Counted from the first letter of the whole stretch, positions 12,950 through 28,229 are shown. The stretch is DNA of 62,921 nt, filler included, from Reclinomonas americana ATCC 50394 (GCA_048213135.1; 5 parts of 4 records of this genome joined end to end with filler, not necessarily neighbours in it); one strand, 5' to 3'. The notes: generated by a model not told the origin, from the sequence alone. Numbers and translations: made by a program.

Positions 12950-13755
12950 NNNNNNNNNNNNNNNNNNNNNNNNNNNNNNNNNNNNNNNNNNNNNNNNNNN
13001 NNNNNNNNNNNNNNNNNNNNNNNNNNNNNNNNNNNNNNNNNNNNNNNNNNNNNNNNNNNNNNNNNNNNNNNNNNNNNNNNNNNNNNNNNNNNNNNNNNNN
13101 NNNNNNNNNNNNNNNNNNNNNNNNNNNNNNNNNNNNNNNNNNNNNNNNNNNNNNNNNNNNNNNNNNNNNNNNNNNNNNNNNNNNNNNNNNNNNNNNNNNN
13201 NNNNNNNNNNNNNNNNNNNNNNNNNNNNNNNNNNNNNNNNNNNNNNNNNNNNNNNNNNNNNNNNNNNNNNNNNNNNNNNNNNNNNNNNNNNNNNNNNNNN
13301 NNNNNNNNNNNNNNNNNNNNNNNNNNNNNNNNNNNNNNNNNNNNNNNNNNNNNNNNNNNNNNNNNNNNNNNNNNNNNNNNNNNNNNNNNNNNNNNNNNNN
13401 NNNNNNNNNNNNNNNNNNNNNNNNNNNNNNNNNNNNNNNNNNNNNNNNNNNNNNNNNNNNNNNNNNNNNNNNNNNNNNNNNNNNNNNNNNNNNNNNNNNN
13501 NNNNNNNNNNNNNNNNNNNNNNNNNNNNNNNNNNNNNNNNNNNNNNNNNNNNNNNNNNNNNNNNNNNNNNNNNNNNNNNNNNNNNNNNNNNNNNNNNNNN
13601 NNNNNNNNNNNNNNNNNNNNNNNNNNNNNNNNNNNNNNNNNNNNNNNNNNNNNNNNNNNNNNNNNNNNNNNNNNNNNNNNNNNNNNNNNNNNNNNNNNNN
13701 NNNNNNNNNNNCGCTGCACACCGTCGCGCTGTGCTGACACCACTGCTTCGTCCAG

Positions 13756-14070
13756 GTGCTCTTTGTGCGCTTCTTGAACGGAAGTCACTTGTTTGCCGTG
13801 TTGCGCGACATGGGTCTCGCATGTGTGCCGCTGCTGGTGCCGGAGGAGCAGCGCGCCGACTTTGAGGCCGAGTTCGCTCACAGTTGCGTGCTGTGCTCAT
13901 CATGGATGGCTGGCACGTAACTAACAGCACGTGTGGCACGCACAGCTCCAGCGCCGTCGGAGATCATGCCCCGAGTGGAGGAGAGCGGAAGCGAACGAGA
14001 GCAGTATCCCTTCCGACGGAGTCGCCGAGACAAACCCTCGGCAACTCACGAGTCGCCGTTTGTGTTTTGA
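13756..14070 (+). CDS. 3' end (last two exons) of the same ParB/Srx-like repeat protein family
   Basis: Exon VLFVRFLNGSHLFAVLRDMGLACVPLLVPEEQRADFEAEFAH aligns with the minus-strand exon at 12247-12388. Intron A|GTTGCG(13883)..CTAACAG, then an in-frame last exon ending TGA at 14068-14070. Confidence 0.65.
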
Positions 14071-14214
14071 CCGCGGTGGCGACAGACTCTTGATATAATG
14101 AAGCACGAAGAGATGCAGTTGATGATGCGGGGCGAGGGAGAATCACCCACCGTCTGTCCGCTACTCACATCTCTCCGCCGATGTCATTGTCGGTCGACAT
14201 TGCCAGACGCTTCA

Positions 14215-14643
14215 TTATGTCTCCTGTGGTCTCCGCTCGTTGGGACGCATAGGAATTGTGCTCGTGGTCTGCCCAGGTACGGGCGACATCATTATTGGTG
14301 GCAGCAGTGGTGGCGCCACCGCACTCTGCACCATCGACGGAGACATGCCCATCAACGCCAACGGACTGGCGTTGATTCGTGGTTGCTGTTGCTGCTGCTG
14401 CTGCGGGATGTAGTGTTGCGGCTGGTGAAGCTGTTGTTGTTGTTGTTGTTGTTGTTGTTGTAGTGGTTGTTGTTGCAACGCGGACAGTGTGTAGGCGGTG
14501 CTCTGCAATTGTGGATGGGTGTGATACAGCTGTTGCGAGACACCGTAGACGGAGCCGAGGTGTGCCGGCGTGGCTTGCATCGCGCGCATATTCGGGAGTT
14601 GGTGCATCGAGTCGCAGTATTGTTGCTGTTGCAGCTGCTGCAG

Positions 14644-14674
<31 letters not shown>

Positions 14675-16080
14675 TGTTGATGCTGTTGCTGCCACAGACC
14701 ATACATGGGTGGCGACATCATTGAAGTCGCTGTGGTGGTTGTGGTGGTGGTGGTTGACGAGGAGGCTGACGACGTGGGGGAGGTCGTTTGTGAGAGTAGC
14801 GACGCGCTGCTCAGACTGCTGCTGCCGCCGCTGTTGATATCCACCATCGAACGCAAGTGTGCCAGCGTCTGCGGCGATGCCTGTGGCGTGTGCTGCGTGG
14901 AGTTCAGCGACTGCAGCAGCACCGCATGCGACGCCGGCGAGGCAATGGAGGTGGCACTCGGTAAGTGGCGCTTGACCGCCGTCGACGGCGGCGGCGACGA
15001 CGGGATGAACGACGCCGAATTCGCTCGCAGTGCAGCGGCCACGGCAGCACCCACACCGATACTTGGAGCCGCCGGTGCCGCCGCCGACGCGCCCATTGAC
15101 ATCCTCCTCTCCTCAGCACGAGAGGTCGGCGGCGACGGGCCGTGTGACCGCGAGGGCGGTGAATCCTTGCTGCCCCTGGCCGCCTTCTGCAGACGCATTG
15201 CAATGGCATGCAATTTAGGCCTGATTGGCTTGCAAATACAGCAGCAGAAGCGCGCGCGCAACTCGATGCTTCTGCAAGTGTGACTTGACCTGCAGCAGCG
15301 TTACACCCCACTGTTGCAGCGTGCCAGCATTGAGACTCTCCATCGTGTTCTGCACCGGTCAGAGAACACACGCACGAAATAATGGTCGTACATGCCAAAC
15401 CAAGTGAGGCAGAGAATATAGCAGATGTACAACACAGGCGACGGGGTAGTACGCAACAAGAATGGACTTGGGCGCAATCACTGATGACATGAGAGAGGCC
15501 ACACAGAGAGAAAGAGTCAATGCTACTGTTGTGCGCAATACACCACCTCACTCACTCCTCACCGAGACCACGCTCCTGCAGCACATTGACTGCCGCATCA
15601 AACAAATCACTGAGCTCTCCTTGCCAGCGAACTCCCCACTTCTGCTTCTCCTTGGATGCCGACTTGCCACTGCATGTGAGACGTCATCACCACTGCGAAT
15701 CCAACTGGGGGGAGGAGGGAATATACAGAAGAAAGAAAGAAAGATAGCGCCACTCACCGCCGCCGCTTCACGCTCATCGACCCCTGTGCCTGCGTGGCAC
15801 ACAAGCAAGTCAATCTCACACAAACGCGCACAGAGAGGGGGAGGGCCAACAGCAAGATGCCAAAAAGGCGCACCCTCAAAGGTGCGCATATTACCACTCT
15901 CTCTGTCTCTGTCTCTCGCAACGTGCATGTTGGGGGGCGTGTAGAGAATCGACCACTCACCGCATGCTCCTCTCCATCTGCATCCCCTCCCGCGTCCATT
16001 GCACTCACACAGGGCGCAGCAGAGGCGCCAGCAGACGCGTTGCGCGACATGGCAAGCGACGACAAGGCCGCAGCCGCCAT
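14215..16080 (-). CDS. Low-complexity Ser/Thr/polyQ-rich hypothetical protein
   Basis: Long ORF 14215-15261 with CAG/CAA tracts; plausible upstream exons near 15290-15350 and 15960-16080 with GT-AG boundaries. No recognisable domain. Confidence 0.55.
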
Positions 16081-16316
16081 TGCCGATAACCCAGGCGGTT
16101 CTGCCATCAATCTCTCACTCTTTCTCTCTCTCTACCACACACACTCGCACACTCTCTCACTCACTCTGTCGACTGTCACGCTGTACGCTCAATCAGGCGA
16201 CACGAGATGCGCTCTCCGTCGCTGGGATCTCGCTTAAAAAGATGCGGAAAACTCGCGCGTCCGAAAACTTGTCGTCCGTTTTTCCCGCCCGCGTCCGTTT
16301 TCTCTTCGATCTGCAC

Positions 16317-17728
16317 ATGGAGAGACAAGAGTGTCTGCGCGTGGGCGATGTATGCGCCTCGGATCCGCTCGGACTTGAGCGTGAGTCAGTGCACGCAGTG
16401 TGCTTCCGACCGCGGCGTGTGGAGCGGACACGACATCGTCCGACACCGCTCGATGCCGAGGAAGAAGGGTCTGCATGCCAGTTGTCTTCCTCTTCTCACT
16501 GTCTCTGACACCTCCTCCTCTTGCGCAGTGATGGGTATGCACTTGCCGCGGTGTGCGAGAGCGGTCTGATCCGTCTGGGCGATGCATCCACTGGTCGCGT
16601 GTCGAATGCCATGGACACGGTGGTGATGACGGCTGGTGAGGGTGGTGCGTATGTGAGTGCTGCGGCGGTGGAGCAGCAGCGAGTGGAGCATGAGCAGCGG
16701 TGTGAGAGCGATCCGGGGGTGCCTCCATTGCGGCCGCTGGTGTGGTCGGTGGTGTGGAATGCCGATGGGACGATTGGCACGGCCAAGTTGCGAGGAGGAG
16801 GAGGAGGAAGAGTGCTGTGCACGTGAGTGACTGTGTGTGTGCTCATTGATCAATGTGTGCATGCAGTACGCGTGATAATCGTGTGTTTCTGTGGACGGAT
16901 CCAATGTTGCGCGGTGTTGGTGTGCGGCTGCTGGGAACGGTGACGGATGCGGCGGCGAGTGGCATTACGGCGATGGAGGGCTCGCCCAGTGGAGAGTTCT
17001 TTGCGGTGTCGACGCCCGAGGGCCATGCGTCGGTTTGTCAATCACATCGCATGCTGTCTGATGTGAGAGAGTGACGCGCAGAGGCGCAGGTGTGGCGTGT
17101 GGGCGAGTGGACGCGACTGTCGTTGCCGGTGTACCACACGTTTGGACTGACGAGTGTGCGGTGGTCGCCCGACAGCTCCATGCTGCTGCTGACCTCGCAC
17201 GATCGGCGTGCCACCATCTGGCGATTGGAACCAGAAGGCAATGAGCTGGTGCTGGCCGCGGTCATGACTGGCCACCGCAGCTCGGTGACGTGCGGCCACT
17301 GGTCGTGTGATCAGGAGCACGTGGCCACGGGCGGCGAAGACGGCCAGATCCTCATCTGGTCGAGTGCCACGGGCGACTGCGTGCAAGAGGTCGCGTCGTC
17401 GTCGTCATCGAACCGAGCCTTCCCTTGTCGCTGCATCAGCTTCCACCCGCTCTATCCGGGCATGCTGGTGGCGGGGCTCGCCAGTGGCGGTGGCGTGCTG
17501 CTGTGGGCGGCCGACGAGTGCGCCGCGCTCGACGAGCAGCTGAAAAAGTCGGCAGTGACTGGTCTCGCGTGGCGCCCCGACGGCGCCGCACTGGCCGTCT
17601 CCTGCTCCAATGGCACCGTGGTGGTGTACGTCGACACGGCGGCTGTGTTGCACTTGCAGCAGCCGCTCCACTCACCACCATCGCGACCACCGACGTTGAA
17701 AAAGAACCCCGCAGCCGACCTGCAGTGA
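16317..17728 (+). CDS. WD40-repeat protein
   Basis: HTFGLTSVRWSPDSSMLLLTSHDRRATIW, GHRSSVTCGHWSCDQEHVATGGEDGQILIW and VTGLAWRPDGAALAV; several GT-AG introns. Confidence 0.85.
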
Positions 17729-17787
17729 AACAAGAGCTGTCCTTTTCGTCGTCCTCGCGTGTTGTTGATTGAAAGAGAGCGAGGGGA

Positions 17788-18205
17788 ATGCGTCTGGCCA
17801 GTGCAGTGGGCCCACTGGTGTTCACTGGCCTCGTGGGTCTCCTCTGGCTCTTCTCAGGCGACGCCGATGCACGCGCACCACGTTGCGTCGCATGTGCATT
17901 CTCATCTCTCTATCTCGCACGCACTCTCTCTCTCTCATGCACACACAGCACGTGGTGCAGCAGGAGCAGGAGCAGGTGCAGTAGGTGGCCCTGCACCCTC
18001 AGCCTCCTTCCTCTCCGCACTGCAGGACTTTGTGAGTGGCGCCGGTGCCTTGTCCGCACTCGGCTTCCCCGAGGCCGACGCGCGAGACTCCTCCGTGCAG
18101 TTCGAGCTCATCTCTCAAGTACAGTGCGTGACCACCGTGGGACGGCCTGTGTCGGCCTCTGTGAGGAACCAGCCGGCCGCCGATCAGAGGCGACTGGGCA
18201 TATGA
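17788..18205 (+). CDS. Small two-exon putative secreted/membrane protein (~115 aa)
   Basis: Hydrophobic N-terminus MRLASAVGPLVFTGLVGLLWLFSG; intron C|GTTGCG(17882)..CACAG joins in frame to the ORF ending TGA at 18205. Confidence 0.5.
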
Positions 18206-18502
18206 GTGAAGAAGAACGTGTGTTTNNNNNNNNNNNNNNNNNNNNNNNNNNNNNNNNNNNNNNNNNNNNNNNNNNNNNNNNNNNNNNNNNNNNNNNNNNN
18301 NNNNNNNNNNNNNNNNNNNNNNNNNNNNNNNNNNNNNNNNNNNNNNNNNNNNNNNNNNNNNNNNNNNNNNNNNNNNNNNNCTTGTTTGTTGTTGTTCATT
18401 GCGGCGCGTTTTTAAAGAAGGAAAAAGTGAGCGAGTGCGGGGGCCTATAGTCGTGTCGCTGCGCATGCAGACAAGCCGAAAAAAAGAAGGCCGTGCGGTT
18501 TT

Positions 18503-19326
18503 TCACATGACACTGCCAGAGTCGCTCTTCTCCAGCAATTCCATGAGCTCCTCGAAGGCCGATTCCAGGCCACTGTGCACGCAGTGAGAGAGGAGCAAGC
18601 TAAACACGCAGGCACGTACGTGCAGACGAAACATGGGTTTGGGGAAGCACGTGACGGTGAGTGTCACGTACTTGCGCTGCGGACCTGGCAAGTTGGCCAG
18701 CACCAGCTTGCCTGCACGACGCATGAGACGCGCAAAAGACACACACAGCGTGAGAGGGACAGGCAGGCATGACGAAACGTTGCACCAGGTCAGCTGTCAT
18801 CGCGCCCGGCACGTTGCTCTTGTTGGCCAACACCATCAGCGGTGCGTCGTCCTTCAGTGCGCTGCGTGCACCGACGGTGCCCAACTCCAATTGCGGCTTC
18901 AGCAGCTCATGCAGCTCCTACACACACACACACACGTACTAGTACATAAGCAGCTGCAGCAGCAAGAGCACATGAGACAACAAAGAGAGACCTTTCGCGA
19001 CTCCTCAATGCGATCGGGATTGGAGGCATCGACGACCCACACCAGCGCATCTGCGTCCTCCAAGTAGTGGCGCCACAATGCGCGTCCACTCGTGCCCACT
19101 CCCACCTCCACCAGTGTCACCAGACGACCACTGAGAGTCACATCCTCAGAGTTCATGCCTGTGTGAATGTGANNNNNNNNNNNNNNNNNNNNGAGGGGAG
19201 AGAGAGAGAGAGAAGACGTCATGCATTGTGCGTGGAACGTTACACACCCAGAATGAGGATCTTGCGCTTCTTGCGCATCTTCATCACAATCTGGTTACTT
19301 GTTCCCTGCGGACAGAAGCAGCCCAT
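18503..19326 (-). CDS. Atypical Arf/Arl-family small GTPase with MGCFC acylation motif
   Basis: KILILG (pre-P-loop; the P-loop itself is in the N gap), RALWRHYLEDADALVWVVDASNPDRIEESR, PLMVLANKSN, SGLESAFEEL. Confidence 0.85.
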
Positions 19327-19477
19327 TCTCTCTCTCCTCAAGCGCACCGACAATGGAATGAGCAGCGGTCGATCTGCAAATCAATCCCGTTTTCATTCCA
19401 CGTACAATGCATCTTCTTCGCTCCTCCTCCCTTCTCTCATTCTTTCTCTCTCTCTCTCTTGTCGGCAGTGGTGCGGT

Positions 19478-22242
<2,765 letters not shown>

Positions 22243-22649
22243 TCATTGTGGTGTTGCTCTCGCGCGCGCGACGTTGATTATCACACTTTCGTTGTCTCAG
22301 AGCGCGCCTGTGTGTGTGTGCGTCTTGTTGCTCTCTTACGCACACAACGAGTGTGCGCGCGCGTGTGTCTCGTGGACATCTCCTTCGCGCACGCACTACC
22401 AGACACAGTGAGCGCGCGCGCGTGTGAGAGAGAATGGGCATATGTCACTGTGGAACGCCCATTGACGATGACAGTTACGCGCGCTCTCTCTTCACACACA
22501 ACACAGCACGCACATATGTCTGATCATTACACACATACAACAAAACAACAACAGTTGCTCGTCTGCTCTTTCGCTACTTCACCGAGGCGTATCAGAGGCG
22601 ACTGAGCGAGCCCACTGTTACCTCCACAAGTAAGCCGACTGCAATTGCC

Positions 22650-25600
22650 ATGACTGCGGTGCAAGTGCAGAGCAAACCGCGCTCATTGTCGACTGGCACC
22701 GCCACGCCCATGCCAAGTCACCTTGCGGTGTCGTCGGCGAGTGGGATGGTCAAGGCGACAAACAATGGGCCGTTGCCTGCAGGAGCGGGATCGTCGTCTT
22801 CTGCAGTGACAGAGGTCGCCAGTGAATTGGTGGAGCCTGTGCAGTTTGTGCAGCAGGTGCGTGCGCTCGATGCACCGCCGTTGGCGTCGGCGTCGGTGGT
22901 GAAGCAGGCGGTGCGTGAGGAGTTGCAGGCCAAGTCGCGGCGAGTGAGCAGTCAAGGTGCTGTCTCTTGTTGCATGCGCAGGGGGGGAATCGGACACTGA
23001 AGTCTATTCTGCAGTGGGCTTTGTGATGGATCTGAAGCAGAAGATGATTGGGAATGTGGCGGTGCGGGCCTTGTGCGATGCGGTGCAGGCGGTGGCGGCG
23101 GAGCACAAGTCGTTTCGAATTGGCTTCAACCTGCGCGGCAATGGAGTTGCGATTCAACGCGCATGTCTGCATCAGTGTAGGCGCGCTCGAGTTGTTCACC
23201 CGCTCTGTGTGTAGGTGGGTGATGCGGGTGTGCGCAGTCTGGGGGACTTGTTGAAGAAGCCCGTGGGTCTCTTCTACTTGGATCTGTCGAGTAATGAGTT
23301 TGTTGCGTGGGATTCGCTTTGGAACTCTCGCCCTGCGTGTTCGAATATTTGACTGCTGTGGCGTTGCAGACGGATCAAGGCCTCAAGTCTCTCAGCATGT
23401 CATTACGCAGCAACGAATCTCTCCGTGTCTTGCTGCTGTCCAAGATGGAGGTGCGTGTGTGTGTATGTGTCTGTTTGTTTGTTTGCACTTGTCATGACAC
23501 GCGACCCAATGCTTACTTCCTGTCTGTTTTTCCCAAAATAAGACGTGTGGTCAGGGACTGGAACTGCTGCTGGCCGCCTTGGCCTCCAACAAGTTCTTGC
23601 GGAAACTCGACATCTCAGGTGCACCTCTCGACCTGCAGGCGGTGACGTGGATCGCCAATGTTTCGTCCACGCAACGGAGGCCCACATCCATCCATTGTGC
23701 GCTCTCTGTGTGCTCATCCGACACCGCCGCAGATGCTCGAGAGCAACCGAGCACTCCGTGAGCTCGACATTAGTCGCATCATGTTGGCCGAGAATGCTCT
23801 CGACGTCCTCGTGCAGTCCATCGAGCGCAACTTGTATCTCACGTGTCTGCGCATCGATCGGTGTGCCCGTCTCCCTCCCTCCTTCGTTTGCGCTTTCTGT
23901 GTCTCCCACTCACCATTCTTTTTGACGACAGGTCCTGCCTCAACACGCGCATCTCACAGTCGCTCGAGCAGACGATCGAGCGCAACCTGACGGTGTACGA
24001 GACGATTGAGCAAATGGTGGAGAAGGTGTTTGCTCGTCGGCGATCGGGAATCGGACAGCAGTCGTCACGAGGTCGAGTCGTCTCTGCACTGGAGGTGTGT
24101 GTTTTTGGATGTGCCTCTTTTTTTCGCTATTCTGTCGTCTTCTAATCGCGTGTCGCGGCAGTTCTTCGACAAGGCCGTCATGAAAACGGGCCTCATGCCA
24201 GAGCAGTTTGAGAATCGCTTCTTCAAAGTGGGTCACGCGGAGACCATTGGACGGAGACCGACCATGGAGGATGCGGCCTCGATCCAGGTACGCGCCATGG
24301 TGCCACACGTCGCGCAATGCACGCTTGCTTACTTTTTCGTTCGTGCAGCTGTTCTTCCGCGACCGAGAAGACGAGGCGTACTTTGGTGTGTTTGACGGAC
24401 ACGGTGGCGCCGCGGCGTCCGAGTTTGCCGGCAAGTACTTGCACGACTTGATTGCACAACGATTGGACAGTGGCGAGTACGAGGGCAACATGGAGATGCT
24501 GCTCACCGACTGCTTCCTCGAAGTCAACGACATGATGAGCCAGCAAGCCATTCAGGATGGCACGACAGCGCTGGTGCGTCAGCCACACACACACACACAC
24601 CTTGCTTTCTCCCTCGCACCGACCACTTGTCGATTGCAGGTCACGTACGTGTCTGGCATGAGGTGTTGGCTGGCCAATGCCGGCGACAGCCGTTCTGTGC
24701 TCGCTCGGTAAGTGTGTGTGTGTGTACATCGTGCGTTGCCTTTCGTCTCCCGCATCTTGTCTCATTGCTCGTGCAGAAACGGCAATGCCATTCGGTTATC
24801 TGTCGACCACACGCCGGCCATTCCGGAGGAGGCGCGTCGCGTGGAGCGCATGGGAGGGTGAGAAACGCGCTGGATAGTGGTTCATGTGTGCTCGCGTGTA
24901 TTCACTCTCGCCATGCAGATACGTGTCGCTCGATCGTCGCGTAAACGGCGTGCTGAGCGTGTCCCGTGCCCTCGGTGACTTTTTCCTGCATCCACTAGTG
25001 ACGCCAGAGCCGTTCCTCAATTCATTTGATATCACGGAGGGTGCGTTGCGGTGGGGGCTATCGTGGTTGTGTTGTTGCGCTCACACTCGTGGCGTGCGAC
25101 GCAGACGATCAATTTATTATCATGGCCTGCGATGGACTGTGGGATATCCTCACCGATGAGCAAGCCGTACAGCTGGTTCGTGGTGCTTGCTCCGTTTGCC
25201 AATGTGCAGCTGCTGACGTTTTCTTCGTGCTCGTGGCAGGTCATTCAAGAGGATCTCATGGACGACCCGCCGCGTGCGGCCTCCATGTTGCGCGATTTTG
25301 CGTACCGACACGGTGAGACTATGGTGGTGGCGGTGTGGCGCTGCTTTTTTCCCCACTGCCTCTCATTTTTTGTGCGTCACAGGGTCCACCGACAACATCT
25401 CGGTGGTCATTATTCGCTTCTTGCACTGGTGCGACGATAACATCGATCACCGCACGCGACTGCTGAGTGTCACCGCCCCCGATATGCCGGAGCCTGAGCC
25501 ACCACCACCTGTCTCGACGCCGAGCCGCGCCGCCTCTGCGGCTGCGCATCGCAATGGTCGTCAGCACCACCAGTCACGATCACCGCCGCCACCACCCCCC

Positions 25601-25756
25601 ATGCCGATGATGGAGTTGATACCACCAAACACGGCTGTGAGGGCGGACTTTACGCCGGAGACCCCGGGTTCTCCGAGCGCTGCCAGTGGGATGCGCACCG
25701 AAACCGTCTCGCTGCTGGAACAGGAGGCCGCCGAGTTGCCACCTGTCGAATCTTAA
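22650..25756 (+). CDS. RNI-like LRR + PP2C (PPM) phosphatase
   Basis: LRRs (LFYLDLSSNEFTDQGLKSL, LRKLDISG, LRELDIS), then PP2C motifs GRRPTMEDA, FGVFDGHGG, DGTTA, ANAGDSR, DH, RVNGVLSVSRALGD, ACDGLWD and GSTDNISV; Pro-rich tail. Confidence 0.92.
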
Positions 25757-26064
25757 ATGCTTTCGGTCTCATAAAGATTATCCTCTTTATACACGCTTTC
25801 GCATTCGCAATCCTTCACCACCCCACGCACGCATGCACCCGTACACAAAAACCCCACACAGCATTCTCTCTTGGCATCCTCGCCGCGCCATGCTGTCGCG
25901 GTGGCGCGCACCTCACTCTGTTTCATCGAGTTCTCTTTCATGGCCCCGCGAGGCGTCTTTCTCGGGTTCCCTGCATCCGCACAGTGCATGTGTGAGAAGA
26001 GGGAGAGAGAGAGAGGATATAGGCAAAGTGGAATCAAGACGTNNNNNNNNNNNNNNNNNNNNCA

Positions 26065-26603
26065 GGCAATCAGATTGGCGATTCGGGCGCCAAGGCCATT
26101 GCGGAGAAGTTGGTCCGTCTGGAGAAGCTGTCCATTCGCAGTTGCGACTCTGTTGTCTCTCTGTGTGTGTGCGTCCCCCGCTGCTCACTCTCCACGCACA
26201 ACAAAACAGACAATCAAGTAAGCGCCGAGGGTGCAAGGGCCATTGGCATGATGGGCAACTTGCGGTGGTTGCAAATCTATGGTTCGTGGTAATGCATGCA
26301 TGTGTCTGTGCGTTGAGTCTCACGTTGGTTGGCGCACGCAGGCAACAAGATGAATGAAGACGGTCACCGAGCGCTGGGCGACGGCGTGGCGTCGAATCCA
26401 CACTGCCGGTTGGACACGATCTACACGGATGGTGAGGGAGGATGGCTCGCTGCAAGACAAAGGTCATTTCTGAAATAATGTGGATCTCCCTCTCGCACCT
26501 CACAGGTCAACTTTCATCGAGTCTGGTGGCGGTGCCGGCCGACGTTCGCAGCCGGGTCGGATTCAATCAACCAAACTACGACATTCTGCGTTTCCTGCGA
26601 GAC
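26065..26603 (+). CDS. LRR protein fragment (one LRR per exon), possibly the N-terminal part of a ROCO-type protein
   Basis: GNQIGDSGAKAIAEKLVRLEKLSI, NQVSAEGARAIGMMGNLRWLQIYG, NKMNEDGHRAL, ending VPADVRSR..YDILRFLRD at the scaffold end. Confidence 0.7.
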
Positions 26604-26703
26604 GTTGCGTCTGCTCTCCCCTGTCCACCAGTGTCTGTGGTGTCTTTTTCTCACTCCGTTTCCCTCAGTATGCGCGTGACCAGGCCGGTCTCCCGCGATT
26701 GTT

Positions 26704-26803
26704 NNNNNNNNNNNNNNNNNNNNNNNNNNNNNNNNNNNNNNNNNNNNTTAATTAATTAANNNNNNNNNNNNNNNNNNNNNNNNNNNNNNNNNNNNNNNNN
26801 NNN
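26704..26803. other. Artificial scaffold linker
   Basis: N44-TTAATTAATTAA-N44. Confidence 0.97.
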
Positions 26804-27323
26804 CGCACACACACAACACAGTGAGCACGCGAACAACAAGAGCGCAAAAACACAACAAGGCGAGCTGCGCGTACCTCCCACCCACAGCTCCTCCAAATTG
26901 CCCATATACATCGCAATACAGTGCGCCGCGCGATCGCTCAACTTGTTCGCTAATCACACAACAGTGCATCAGCAACAACAACACACACAGAGAGAGATAG
27001 ACACGCACACACGAGTGCGTGCGTGCGTGCTCACCGGGCAACTTGAGCACGCGCAGCTGCGGAAAAGGCCGATCGCGCACCGCTTGCAAAAACGCCGCCT
27101 CGGTCAATCCACGCCCAGAGAACACAACCTGCACACCAATACACAGCACACACGCGCATGACACACACGCACACAGAGACAGAGAGAGAAGCGGACAGCA
27201 ATCACACGAAAAACACTGCAAAATGTGCACCCGAGTGTGCGCCAGACTCCTTCAAACCTTCCACTGCTCTCTGTGCGAGTGCATATCTCACTATCGCACG
27301 CACCGCTTCTCTCTCCAATGTCA

Positions 27324-27358
<35 letters not shown>

Positions 27359-27711
27359 TTTCTCTCTCTCTCTCGCTCTCTTACCTTTTGCGTGGCACCA
27401 TTCAACAAGTTTGCAAACTCTTGCGCGACACCATCTGCCGCCGATCCTCCCCGCGAGCTCCCCGTGCTATTCCCACTCAGTTTGCGACTGGCCGAGCCTG
27501 TGGAGGCCGTGGAAGTCGCAGATCCGCCTCTGCCTCGCGCATGGCTTCCACTGACAAGCACTCCAGCTGCGGCTGCGCTGCCTCCTCCACTTGCACTTCC
27601 ATTGCCTTTTCTGGGTGCGGAAGGGTCATCGTCGTTGGTGTCATCTGCGTTGTTGTGCTCACCCTGGCCGCCTCTGTCTTTGGTGGAGTTGCTGGAGGAG
27701 CACAAGCCCAT
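26804..27711 (-). CDS. 5' part of an N-acylated (MGLCSS) LRR protein, truncated by scaffold end
   Basis: ATG 27711 MGLCSSSNS, Gly/Ser-rich linker, then FSGRGLTEAAF..FPQLRVLKLP and NKLSDRAAHCIAMYMGNLEELWVG exons with phase-1 introns. Confidence 0.7.
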
Positions 27712-28229
27712 TTGTGAGAGGTGAGTGAGTGTGGGTGAGGGTGAGAGTGCGCGCGTATGTATTGTGTGGTGGGGTGCGCAGTGGTCGTGGGACACATGCG
27801 TCGTCAATGTATGTGTGTGTGTCGACTGCGGTATGTGAGACAGCACGCGTGAGCTGCTTCCTCCCTCCTCTCTCTCTGTGTAAAGTCTTTTGTGCGCGCG
27901 TCGCGGCTTGCATTCGGGCGAGGAGAGCGAAAATGTCGACGTCGACAGCGTCGTGCCACTTGCATCTTCATCGCAAAGCACACGGACGCTTTGCCGACAC
28001 TCATACACTAACTGTTGCTGCGTTTACTGAGCTGCAACCGGTACTACGGCTCCGGAGCCTTGCGAAGCAATCGACGTCGACAAATGCAAATCCGACTCCC
28101 TTCCAGCGCACGTGCAGCATAAAGCTCGCTGCAGACAGACGATTGGTAGCTGCAACAAGCACCGCACCACCTTCATTGCACTGTTGCCAGCGACGTTCGT
28201 CCCGGATTTCACCTCGAGTCCAGTCGATC

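Noticed and set aside
16317-17728. WD40 gene as a component of the mitochondrial T2SS-associated gene set
   Set aside because: Generic WD40 on a different scaffold; no sequence evidence linking it to GspF.
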